From contig JBFHAT010000003.1 of the NCBI GenBank assembly GCA_041586155.1, forward strand, positions 27,115 through 91,114: a stretch of DNA of 64,000 nt, written 5' to 3'. The position numbers and the translations under genes are program-made. Numbering within the stretch: position 1 is the first letter of the stretch; every line of letters starts with the position of its first letter. This DNA comes from Acidimicrobiia bacterium. Lineage in GTDB: Bacteria > Actinomycetota > Acidimicrobiia > Spongiisociales > JAENVV01. Below are positions 9,983 to 18,313 of this stretch, piece after piece. The notes beneath the pieces were generated by a model. That model was not told the DNA's origin, did no database searches, and worked only from the letters and a program-made list of their open reading frames with translations.

Positions 9983-10296
9983 CGTGGGTGCGGATCGGTG
10001 CGCTCGAGTCGCTCCCTTCAGGTAGGGGCGTACGCGTCGAGACGGGGGATCACCGCATCGCCCTCTTCCGGATCGACGACTCGGTGTATGCGATCGGCGA
10101 CCGATGTTCTCACGCCGAAGCGTCGCTGGCGGAAGGCGAGGTCTTCGACACCGATGTGGAGTGCCCGCGTCACGGCTCAGAGTTCAGCCTCGTGACGGGC
10201 GAGCCGGGTTCGTTGCCCGCCACCCGGCCCGTGCCCACCTACGAAGTCCGGGTGGTCGACGGCGAAGTCGAGTTGTACATCGGGGATCGGCCATGA
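9979..10296 (+). CDS. Rieske [2Fe-2S] domain ferredoxin-like protein
   Basis: 'CSHAEASL...CPRHGSEF' Rieske ligand boxes. 105 aa, 4-nt overlap with sufD. Confidence 0.75.
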   Translation: MTWVRIGALESLPSGRGVRVETGDHRIALFRIDDSVYAIGDRCSHAEASLAEGEVFDTDVECPRHGSEFSLVTGEPGSLPATRPVPTYEVRVVDGEVELYIGDRP

Positions 10297-11087
10297 GCAT
10301 GGCGTTGCGCGTGGCGGATCTCACCGCGTCGGTCGGCGATGTCGAAATTCTGAGAGGCGTCGACCTCGAGGTTCCATTCGGCGAGATCCACGCCATCATG
10401 GGTCCCAACGGGTCAGGAAAATCCACGCTGAGCCACGTGCTCACCGGCCGAGAAGGCTACGAGGTGACCGGGACGGCGGAGCTGGCAGGCAATCCTCTGC
10501 TCGACAAGCCCGTAAGCGAACGGGCGCAGCTGGGGTTGCTGCAGGCGTTCCAATACCCGGTGGAGGTTCCCGGCGTGGCCCTCGGACGGTTGGTACGCGA
10601 GGCTGCCGAAGAGCGAGGGCTGGCGGACGTCGACGAGCGGATCGAGGCAGCCGCAAAACGGTTTTCGATGCAGGAGTTCCTCGACCGTGCGGTCAACGAC
10701 GATCTCTCGGGCGGCGAGAAGAAACGGTCCGAGATCTTTCAGCTGGCGGTCTTGGCACCCAAGGTCGCCGTGCTCGACGAGATCGACTCCGGCCTCGACA
10801 TCGACGCCGTCCGTCAGGTCGCCGAGGCCGTAGAGGCGATGCGCAGTCCCGAAGTGGGCGTGATCATCGTCACTCACTACAACCGGATCCTTCGCTACCT
10901 CCAGCCCGACAAGATCCACATCATGCTGGACGGAAAGATCGTCGAATCCGGAGGCCCGGAGCTCGCCGATGAACTCGAGGCGGGCGGATACGAAGCCGTG
11001 CGGGCGAGGCTGGGTCTCGAGGCCCCTACGCCACCGGTGCGCCCCAAAGCGGCCAGCGAGTACTTCACCGACACTCCATTCGATTGA
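10293..11087 (+). CDS. SufC-like ABC ATPase (divergent second SufC paralog)
   Basis: Walker A 'GPNGSGKST', 'FQYPVEVPGV', signature 'LSGGEKKR', Walker B 'LDEIDSGLDIDA', 'VTHYNRIL'. ATGA overlap with the Rieske gene. Confidence 0.8.
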   Translation: MSMALRVADLTASVGDVEILRGVDLEVPFGEIHAIMGPNGSGKSTLSHVLTGREGYEVTGTAELAGNPLLDKPVSERAQLGLLQAFQYPVEVPGVALGRLVREAAEERGLADVDERIEAAAKRFSMQEFLDRAVNDDLSGGEKKRSEIFQLAVLAPKVAVLDEIDSGLDIDAVRQVAEAVEAMRSPEVGVIIVTHYNRILRYLQPDKIHIMLDGKIVESGGPELADELEAGGYEAVRARLGLEAPTPPVRPKAASEYFTDTPFD

Positions 11088-11815
11088 TGGATCTGTCGGT
11101 CCAAGTCTGGGGGGACGGCGACCGAAGGGCTCTCCTCCTCCACGGCATCTCCTCCAATGCCGCCGGATGGTTCCGGGTGGGCGCAACCATGGCCTCTTGG
11201 GGATACCGAGTCGTAGCCCCCGATCTTCGCGGCCACGGCAAGAGCCCCGCTGCCGACTCGTATCGCCTGGAAGATCACGCCGATGACGTTGCCGCCCTGG
11301 GAACTGAATGGGAGGTCGTCCTGGGTCATTCGATGGGGGCCGCAGTAGCGTTGCTGCTGGCCCATGACTCGTTTTGCCGCAGCCTGATCCTCGAAGATCC
11401 GGCGTTGGTGGTGGTCGACTCCGACATGACACGCGACTGGATGCTCGCGCCCTACCGCAATGAGATCTCTGCCCACGCCGTTGCAGCCGACAATCCCACA
11501 TGGCACCCGGAAGATGCCCGTATCAAGGCCGAGGCGCTGCTTCAATCGAGCCCCGAGATGGTAGAACGGACCCTCGTCGACAACCCGAGTTGGAACGTGA
11601 TGAAGGAGGTGCTCGCGGTGGAGGTGCCCACGTTGCTGCTGGTCGCTGATCTCGCCAGTGGAGGGCTCGTTCCCGTGGAGCTCGGCGAGTCGATCGCCGC
11701 CCACAATCCCGCCGTCGTGTATCGCCACATTCCCGGTGCGAGTCACTCGATGCATCGCGACCAGTTCGACCGCACGATGAGAGAGATCGGCTCTTGGCTC
11801 GGCCATGGCGCATGA
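11084..11815 (+). CDS. alpha/beta hydrolase fold protein
   Basis: 'LLLHGISSNAAGW', nucleophile elbow 'GHSMGA', C-terminal His. 4-nt overlap with the upstream gene. Confidence 0.7.
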   Translation: MMDLSVQVWGDGDRRALLLHGISSNAAGWFRVGATMASWGYRVVAPDLRGHGKSPAADSYRLEDHADDVAALGTEWEVVLGHSMGAAVALLLAHDSFCRSLILEDPALVVVDSDMTRDWMLAPYRNEISAHAVAADNPTWHPEDARIKAEALLQSSPEMVERTLVDNPSWNVMKEVLAVEVPTLLLVADLASGGLVPVELGESIAAHNPAVVYRHIPGASHSMHRDQFDRTMREIGSWLGHGA

Positions 11816-12911
11816 TCGAGCCGAAGCCTGGCTGCGGCAGCTGACTGCGCTGCCCACTGCCCCGGGCCACGAAGGAGAGGTGATCCGGTGGGTCCGGTCG
11901 TGGGCGAAGCGCCGACCCGATCTCGAACTGTCCGCCGACCGGGCGGGCAACCTCTTCATCACACAACGCCTGCCGCTTCGGGCGAGGCCGCTGTGGATCA
12001 CCGCGCATCTCGATCACCCGGCTTTTGTCGTGACGGACGTCGGCGGCAGCTCCGTCGAATGGGAGTTTCGGGGTGGGGTGCGGCCCGCCTACTTCGACGA
12101 CGCGTTGATCGAGTTCCATCGAGGGGCGAAGCCTCAGGGAAAGGCCCGAATCGTCGAGCGCAGCTCCGACGCCCGTACCGGCGTCGCTCGGCTGGTGAGA
12201 GGCTCAGCTACACCGTCGACCGGAGACATCGGCCGATGGTGGTTTCGGGAGGATGCCCTTGGTGTGAGACGCGGACGCCTGCGCGCGCATGCCTGCGACG
12301 ACCTCGCAGGCGTGGCAGCGGCGTTGTCGGTGCTCGACGAGCTGCGATCCGGCGCCGAGCATGGGCACATCGGGGTTCTTCTGACGAGGGCCGAGGAGGT
12401 CGGCTTCGTCGGGGCGATTGCAGCAGCGAAGGGCAGCCGGCTGTCTCCGTCGTCGCGGCTGATCTGTCTGGAGATGTCCCGCAGCTTTTCCGACGCTCCC
12501 ATCGGCGGAGGTCCGGTCGTCCGGGTCGGCGACGCCTCCAGCGTCTTCAGCCCGCAGCTCACCAACGCGCTGACCACCGCAGCCGGTGCGTGGTCGAGCG
12601 ACCACGGACGCCCCCACCAGCGCAAGCTCATGGCAGGCGGTTCGTGCGAGGCAACTGCGTTCGCTGCCTACGGATTCGAGGCTGCGTGCCTATGCCTCCC
12701 TCTCGGCAACTACCACAACATGGGCCGGCTCGACGAGGTGGAGAAGGGCCGCACACCGGCCAGGGTGGGCCCCGAGGAGATCGCACTCCGAGACTGGCAT
12801 GGTTTGGTCGATTTCCTCGTCGACCGAGTTGGAGCGTTGGAGCACGTGCAACCGGGTCTGCGGGAGCGGCTCGATGAGCTGTTCGAAGCGGGTCGGCCGA
12901 TCCTCGACTAG
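11805..12911 (+). CDS. M42-family metallo-aminopeptidase (FrvX/glutamyl aminopeptidase-like)
   Basis: 'AHLDHPAF', 'ACDDLAGV', 'TRAEEVGFVGA' metal-ligand motifs typical of M42 peptidases. Confidence 0.6.
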   Translation: MAHDRAEAWLRQLTALPTAPGHEGEVIRWVRSWAKRRPDLELSADRAGNLFITQRLPLRARPLWITAHLDHPAFVVTDVGGSSVEWEFRGGVRPAYFDDALIEFHRGAKPQGKARIVERSSDARTGVARLVRGSATPSTGDIGRWWFREDALGVRRGRLRAHACDDLAGVAAALSVLDELRSGAEHGHIGVLLTRAEEVGFVGAIAAAKGSRLSPSSRLICLEMSRSFSDAPIGGGPVVRVGDASSVFSPQLTNALTTAAGAWSSDHGRPHQRKLMAGGSCEATAFAAYGFEAACLCLPLGNYHNMGRLDEVEKGRTPARVGPEEIALRDWHGLVDFLVDRVGALEHVQPGLRERLDELFEAGRPILD

Positions 12912-13106
12912 CGATGCCAGTTCGTCGATTTCTCTCGAAGCGCTGATTCCGCCCGATTCTCCGATTAGCGATGCCAGGTCGTCGAATCGGCCCGATTCTC
13001 CGACTAGCGATGCCAGGTCGTCGAATCCGCCCGATTCTCCGACTAGCGATGCCAGGTCGTCGAATCCGCCCGATTCTCCGACTAGCGATGCCAGGTCGTC
13101 GAATCG
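12903..13106. repeat. 39-bp tandem repeat x5 (first copy carries a 16-nt insertion) in convergent intergenic space
   Basis: Unit CCCGATTCTCCGACTAGCGATGCCAGGTCGTCGAATCCG with anchors at 12909, 12964, 13003, 13042, 13081. Each unit has a CTAG and junction dyads GAATCGG-C-CCGATTC. Confidence 0.85.
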
Positions 13107-14200
13107 GGGCCGTCGTTCACTTCGACGCCCCGCTTCGCCAGCTCGTCTCGGATGAAATCGGCCGTGGCCCAATCGCCCGCACCTCGAGCCCTGGAGCGCA
13201 GGGTGATCAGCAGGTCCACGAACGGCGCCACCACCTCGTCGGGGTCACCCAAGCCGGCCTCCGCAGCCGCTGCGAGCTGGACCACCATGGGGGCGGCCTC
13301 CTTGCCGTCGAGCAGATGGTCCATCAAGATGGCCGCAGCGGCGTTGACGTCGCCCTCCTCCAACGCCTCGTCGAAGCCCTGCGAGTGCACCGGCGGGGCA
13401 ACAGGCGGCGGCGAAGCCGATCCGGCGATCTCGCTCAGGTCGAACGCGTTACCTGCCTCGTGGCGCCGTGATCCCGTGTCGGTGACGATGGTGACGGCTC
13501 CCTTGCCCATCACGGAGCCGGTGCCAGCAATCGGGTCGAGCACGACCGCAGTGTGCTCGTCGATCCCGAGAACCGGTACGTCCAGCTCTGCCAGCAGCGC
13601 GTCGAAGCGACGTTGACCCAAATAGCAGTAGCGAGTGTCGTGCGTCCCTCCTTCTGCGTTGTCGAAGTGCGGCACGACGGCAGCCCGAAGACCAATGAGC
13701 CCGAGGAGGTCGAGCCCTTCCAGCCAGTAGGGTCGAATCCCCACCTTGTAGATCTCATAGACGGGGATGGCGTGGCTGCCCGATGTCACCGCCGCCGCCG
13801 AGGCAAACACAACCGCCCCGCCACCTGAGATCGTGGCACCGAGTGCGTTGCGCAGTCCCACCGCCCTCCAATGTCCGAGCGCGTAGCTTGGGCTGCCCGG
13901 GCCGGCGAACACGTAGTCGGCGTGGCGAACCGCCTCCAGCATCGCTTCGCCGTCGAATCGCGATTCGCCGGGCGTGCCACGAAAGCGGGGAGCCTGGATC
14001 GGGGTGTGCAGGCTCACATCGAAGAACTCGACGATTTTGTTGGTCAGTTCGTCGGCGTTCTCTTGAAACCCGAATGGGGTGTCGAGGAACACGGCCGAAG
14101 GCGCCGGACCCACTCTGGCCAGGAGCTCACGATGGAGCCGCACCATGGTGGGTGCCATCTCGCCAGAGCCGATCAACGCGATCACGCCCATCCGGCCCAA
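13082..14200 (-). CDS. peptidase S51 / class-I glutamine-amidotransferase-like domain protein with C-terminal cysteinyl-tRNA-synthetase-like tail
   Basis: N-terminal ~250 aa resembles the cyanophycinase/peptidase-E fold. The C-terminal 'WATADFIRDELAKRGVEVNDGPDSTTWHR' resembles the CysRS C-terminal helical segment. Confidence 0.5.
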   Translation of the reverse strand: MGRMGVIALIGSGEMAPTMVRLHRELLARVGPAPSAVFLDTPFGFQENADELTNKIVEFFDVSLHTPIQAPRFRGTPGESRFDGEAMLEAVRHADYVFAGPGSPSYALGHWRAVGLRNALGATISGGGAVVFASAAAVTSGSHAIPVYEIYKVGIRPYWLEGLDLLGLIGLRAAVVPHFDNAEGGTHDTRYCYLGQRRFDALLAELDVPVLGIDEHTAVVLDPIAGTGSVMGKGAVTIVTDTGSRRHEAGNAFDLSEIAGSASPPPVAPPVHSQGFDEALEEGDVNAAAAILMDHLLDGKEAAPMVVQLAAAAEAGLGDPDEVVAPFVDLLITLRSRARGAGDWATADFIRDELAKRGVEVNDGPDSTTWHR

Positions 14201-14979
14201 TCCAACATCAGATCGGCGATGCGCTTGGGTTGCTGAGCGTGGAGGTCGTGGTCACCTTCGACGACGATCACCTCGGTCGGCCAGTCGATCCCGTCAGGCT
14301 CGGTGGCCGCGACGAGAAGCATGGGCACCGTGGCGTGCTCGGCGGCGTGCCTCGGATCGTGATGGTAGAGCGACTCCAAGATCCGCATGTGCTTGTCGAA
14401 CGGGAGATTGGGGGTGACGGTGCCGTCTTCCAGCACTCGGAAGTTGGCCAAAGCGCCTTCGATTCCGGAGTCCGGCCAGTCGGGTCGCATCTGGCGCAGA
14501 CGGGTGCGCAGCTGCTCAGCAGTGACGCCGGAGAAGCGGGGGGGTGCCAGCTCGGCGGCGGCGCGATCCCAAGTGGGATACCGGTCGGCCAGTCGGATCG
14601 CTCCTCCGTCGATTCCCACCGCTCCCCGGCACCGCTCGGGATGGCGCAGAGCGAACTCGAAGACCACATTCCCGCCCCATGACTGACCGACTACGAGCGG
14701 CTTTCCCAGGCCGGTGGCAATCACAACGGCGAGGAGGTCGGCGGTGTAGGTATCGAAGTCGTAGCCGTTCTCTGTCACCTCAGAGCGGCCGTGCGATCTC
14801 TGATCCACGGCAATGACCCGTGCTCCGGCCGCCGACAACGACTCGCCGACGCCGGTCCACGTCGCAGCGTTGGAGGACAGGCCGTGAACCAGCAGCGCCT
14901 GCCGGGTCGGATCGCCGCCCTCCCACTCGAGCACGGAGAGAAGCGAATCGGTGCTGCTGCGAACACTACGGCGATGCAT
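14182..14979 (-). CDS. alpha/beta hydrolase fold protein (paralog of 11084-11815)
   Basis: 'LLVHGLSSNAATW', 'VGQSWGG' nucleophile elbow. Start placed at the internal ATG (14979), not the long ORF start. Confidence 0.7.
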   Translation of the reverse strand: MHRRSVRSSTDSLLSVLEWEGGDPTRQALLVHGLSSNAATWTGVGESLSAAGARVIAVDQRSHGRSEVTENGYDFDTYTADLLAVVIATGLGKPLVVGQSWGGNVVFEFALRHPERCRGAVGIDGGAIRLADRYPTWDRAAAELAPPRFSGVTAEQLRTRLRQMRPDWPDSGIEGALANFRVLEDGTVTPNLPFDKHMRILESLYHHDPRHAAEHATVPMLLVAATEPDGIDWPTEVIVVEGDHDLHAQQPKRIADLMLDWAGWA

Positions 14980-15053
14980 GATGTCGACCCTATCTTCGCG
15001 TCTAGCCGCCTCGGGACGCGGCCTAGGCTTTGCTACCACAGTCGAGGAGCTAC

Positions 15054-16445
15054 ATGGATTTCCGGACGGAGAAGGACTCGATGGGCGAGGTGAAGGTCCC
15101 TGCCGGTGCCTACTACGGAGCGTCGACGCAGCGGGCGGTCGAGAATTTCCCCATCTCGCAGCTCAGGTTCGGCAGACGCTTCATCTGGGCGCTCGGGTTG
15201 ATCAAAGGTTCAGCTGCAGCCGTCAACGGCCGGCAGGGCAACATCGAAGCCGACAAGGCGGAAGCAATCGCTGCGGCGGCCACCGAGGTGATGTCGGGCG
15301 AGCTGGACGAGCATTTCGTGCTGGACATCTTCCAGACCGGTTCGGGTACGTCGTCGAACACGAACGCCAACGAGGTCATCGCCAACCGTGCCGCGGAGCT
15401 GTTGGGTGGTGCGATTGGGGACCGGCTCGTCCACCCGAACGACGACGTGAACTACGGACAGTCGTCCAACGACGTGATTCCCACGGCGATCCACGTTTCT
15501 GCGTATGCAGCGATCGCAGAGGGGCTTATGCCCGCCCTGGAGCGCTTGGCGAATGCGCTCGACCACAAGGCCGACGAGTTCGCCGACGTGGTGAAGTCCG
15601 GTCGCACCCATTTGATGGATGCGACGCCCGTCACGCTCGGGCAAGAGTTCTCAGGATATGCGACCCAAGTGCGCAACGGTCACCGCCGAGTGAGCGAAGC
15701 AGCGGCAGAGCTGAGGGAGCTGGCACTGGGCGGGACCGCCGTCGGGACGGGACTGAACGCACCCCCCGGATTCGCGGAGCAGACGATTGCCGAGATGTCG
15801 GCACGGTCGGGGTTTGGATTCGTCGAGGCGCCGAATCACTTCGAGGCGCAGGCAGCCAAAGACGCGGCGGTGTCGGTGTCCGGAGCATTGCGCACCGTAG
15901 CTGTGTCGCTGTTCAAGATCGTCAACGACCTCCGGTGGTTGTCGTCGGGACCACGCACCGGGATCGCCGAGATCTCGCTGCCCTCGCTGCAGCCGGGCTC
16001 TTCGATCATGCCCGGCAAGGTCAACCCGGTCATGCCCGAGATGGTGATGCAGGTCGTGGCCCAAGTGATCGGCAACGATTCGACCATTGCCTGGGCGGGA
16101 GCCAACGGCAACTTCGAGCTCAATGTCATGATGCCGGTGCTGGCACACAACCTGCTGGAGTCCATCGAGCTCCTCACCTCCGCCAGCGAGACACTCGTTG
16201 AACGCTGTATCGATGGCATCACCGCCAACGAGGACCGGGCTCGCGAGCTGGTCGAGCGCAACATAATCGTGGTCACGGCTCTGAACCCTCACATCGGTTA
16301 CGACAAGGGCGCAGAGATCGCCAAAGAGGCGTTTGCCACCGGACGCTCGGTGCGCGCCGTCGCGCTGGAAAAAGGGGTCATGAGCGCCGAAGAGCTCGAC
16401 GCCGCGCTCGATCTCAAGAAGATGACCGAGGGTGGGGTGGTCTGA
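15054..16445 (+). CDS. fumC: class II fumarate hydratase
   Basis: '[28 protein letters not shown]', '[11 protein letters not shown]' signature, ~463 aa. Confidence 0.9.
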   Translation: MDFRTEKDSMGEVKVPAGAYYGASTQRAVENFPISQLRFGRRFIWALGLIKGSAAAVNGRQGNIEADKAEAIAAAATEVMSGELDEHFVLDIFQTGSGTSSNTNANEVIANRAAELLGGAIGDRLVHPNDDVNYGQSSNDVIPTAIHVSAYAAIAEGLMPALERLANALDHKADEFADVVKSGRTHLMDATPVTLGQEFSGYATQVRNGHRRVSEAAAELRELALGGTAVGTGLNAPPGFAEQTIAEMSARSGFGFVEAPNHFEAQAAKDAAVSVSGALRTVAVSLFKIVNDLRWLSSGPRTGIAEISLPSLQPGSSIMPGKVNPVMPEMVMQVVAQVIGNDSTIAWAGANGNFELNVMMPVLAHNLLESIELLTSASETLVERCIDGITANEDRARELVERNIIVVTALNPHIGYDKGAEIAKEAFATGRSVRAVALEKGVMSAEELDAALDLKKMTEGGVV

Positions 16446-16470
16446 GTCCTCGCAGAGGAAAGGGTTGATT

Positions 16471-16489
16471 TAGCACTAAAATAGTGCTA
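16471..16489. promoter_or_regulatory. perfect inverted repeat TAGCACTA-AAA-TAGTGCTA 11 bp upstream of the whiB start codon
   Basis: 8-bp arms with a 3-bp spacer and a TAAAAT -10-like hexamer at the centre. It sits as an AT-rich island in a GC-rich genome. Confidence 0.4.
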
Positions 16490-16499
16490 GCGTGCCGCC

Positions 16500-16781
16500 A
16501 TGGACGACGAGTTCGATTGGCGATCCCTCGGCGAGTGTCGAAATCACGACCCGGAGCTCTTCTTTTCCGGCTCCCATCCCCACGGTGATGCTGCAGCCAA
16601 GCTCGTGTGCCAATCGTGTCCGGTCCGTACGGAGTGCCTGACATACGCGGTGGTCACCGCCCAGCGCTACGGGGTTTGGGGAGGCGTGGGCGCAGACGAG
16701 CGTGCGCTTCTTCGACGCCGGTACGTCGCTGCGATCCGATCCGGCGCCGACTTCGAGCGAGCCCTGGAAGCCGCCGTCTGA
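16500..16781 (+). CDS. WhiB-family (Wbl) transcriptional regulator
   Basis: Four Cys 'C..C(x)..C..C' ('LGECRNHDPELFF', 'AKLVCQSCPVRTECL') and 'GVWGG' turn. 93 aa. Confidence 0.85.
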   Translation: MDDEFDWRSLGECRNHDPELFFSGSHPHGDAAAKLVCQSCPVRTECLTYAVVTAQRYGVWGGVGADERALLRRRYVAAIRSGADFERALEAAV

Positions 16782-16798
16782 CCGTATAGGCTGCACCC

Positions 16799-17731
16799 AT
16801 GCGAGTGGTTGTGGCCGGGGCGACAGGCGTCATCGGCAGGTCTCTGTTGCCCAAGCTGCGGATCGACGGCCGTTCCGTCATCGCCGTGGTCCGCAGCGAA
16901 GACCGGGCGGAGCAAGTACTCGCCGACGGTTACGACGCCTTGGTGGTGGATGCCGCCGATCCGAGCGCCCTGGAGGAAGCCGTGGTGGCGGCGGCGCCGG
17001 AGGTCATCATCAACCAGCTCACCAGCCTGCCGCGGTCACTGCTCAACCCGATCGCAGCCAAGCGGGCCGCCGACCAGACCAACGCACTCAGGAGGAATGC
17101 AGGTGCGGCGCTCGCTGCGGCGGCCAAGGCCTCCAACGCCCGGCTCATCTCCCAGTCGATTGCATTCGCCCAGCGGCCCGGGGAGGGGATCCGCACCGAG
17201 GACGACCCATTGTACCTCGATGCTCCCGGCGGCCACCGGCCCGTGGTTGAGGCCATCGCCGCCCTCGAGCAGGTGACGCGCTCGGTCGGCGGCACAGTGC
17301 TGCGGTACGGAGCGTTCTACGGTCCGGGCACATACTTCGATCCCGAGGAGGCGTATGGGGTGATGCTGCGCCGCCGGCTGTTGCCCATCATCGGCGAGGG
17401 GCGTGGCGTCTGGGGTCTTCTGCACATCGAAGATGCCGTAGACGCCACCATCAAGGCGATTGCCGGCCCGTCCAGCGTCTACAACATCACCGACGATGAG
17501 CCGGTTCCGGCCTCTGAGCTGCTGCCGTGGTTGGCGGACACGATGGGAACCAAGCCGCCCAGGCGCATGCCTCGGGCAATGTTCTCGACGGGTCCCGCCA
17601 CTGTGCTGCGCTACCTGGTCGACGAGCAACCTCGAGTGTCCAACGAGAGGGCCCGAAACGAGCTGGGTTGGGAACCGAAGCACCCGTCGTGGCGTGAGCC
17701 GCTGGCTCAACTCCTCCAGGGAACCTCTTGA
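16799..17731 (+). CDS. NAD(P)-binding epimerase/dehydratase family protein
   Basis: N-terminal 'VVVAGATGVIGRSL' Rossmann motif. Atypical SDR length. Confidence 0.7.
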   Translation: MRVVVAGATGVIGRSLLPKLRIDGRSVIAVVRSEDRAEQVLADGYDALVVDAADPSALEEAVVAAAPEVIINQLTSLPRSLLNPIAAKRAADQTNALRRNAGAALAAAAKASNARLISQSIAFAQRPGEGIRTEDDPLYLDAPGGHRPVVEAIAALEQVTRSVGGTVLRYGAFYGPGTYFDPEEAYGVMLRRRLLPIIGEGRGVWGLLHIEDAVDATIKAIAGPSSVYNITDDEPVPASELLPWLADTMGTKPPRRMPRAMFSTGPATVLRYLVDEQPRVSNERARNELGWEPKHPSWREPLAQLLQGTS

Positions 17732-17766
17732 CGCCATCCGGACGTTGAAGACGCACGATCCGGTCG

Positions 17767-18313
17767 GTGACCGCGTTTGCGCTCGTGCTTATGGTGGTCG
17801 GGACTTCACCCTCCGCCCGAGCTTGTTCCTGCTCGATGCCGACCGCAGCCGTTATGGCGACACATCACGACGCGGCGTTCATCGGTGAGCTGGACAATCG
17901 TCGGCGAGCCGGACGCGACGATGCAGGCATGGCGCAGGACCGTTTCTCCTTCGCGGTCGAGGGTTGGCTGGATAGAACTGGGTCCGGCGGCGGCGGTGTT
18001 CTCACCCGATAGCGGGGCCGCCTGCGGCATCGAGCCGGCGATCGATGATCGAGCCGGGATCCTCCTGGCCGGCGACGAGGCGGCGTACGAATCGGGCCTG
18101 TGTTCCACACTGGACGCCGCACTTGCCCGGCGTGAGCTCGTGTTGTTGCCTGTGGGTGCCCCACGTGTGTCGATGGCGAGCGCCGAAAGGCAGGCGGTCG
18201 GGCCCGGCGGAATGGAACCGCAGCCTGTCGCGATGGGCATCGGCGGCGGGCACCTGCTGCTGGCCGGCAGCATCGCATGGGCGCGCCGCCGAGCTCACTT
18301 GCAGTATTCGTAG
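17767..18313 (+). pseudogene. secreted TIMP/NTR-module-like protein, reading frame interrupted (frameshift or sequencing error ~17900-18000)
   Basis: Frame 1 gives signal peptide 'MTAFALVLMVVGTSPSARA' followed by 'CSCSMP..AAFIGEL' and stops at 18010. Frame 2 continues with 'AVFSPDSGAACGIEPAIDDRAGILLAGDEAAYESGLCSTLD', matching TIMP N-domain '[25 protein letters not shown]...ITLCDF'. Confidence 0.45.

Noticed and set aside
12903-13106. Possible CRISPR array (39-bp repeats)
   Set aside because: Units are directly adjacent with no spacers, and no cas genes are nearby. This is a minisatellite-type tandem repeat.
17777-18313. 178-aa frame-2 ORF as an intact gene on its own
   Set aside because: Its N-terminal half is Arg/Pro-rich nonsense. 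Only the second half is protein-like, and it matches the TIMP-like domain begun in frame 1, so a frameshifted single gene is more parsimonious.
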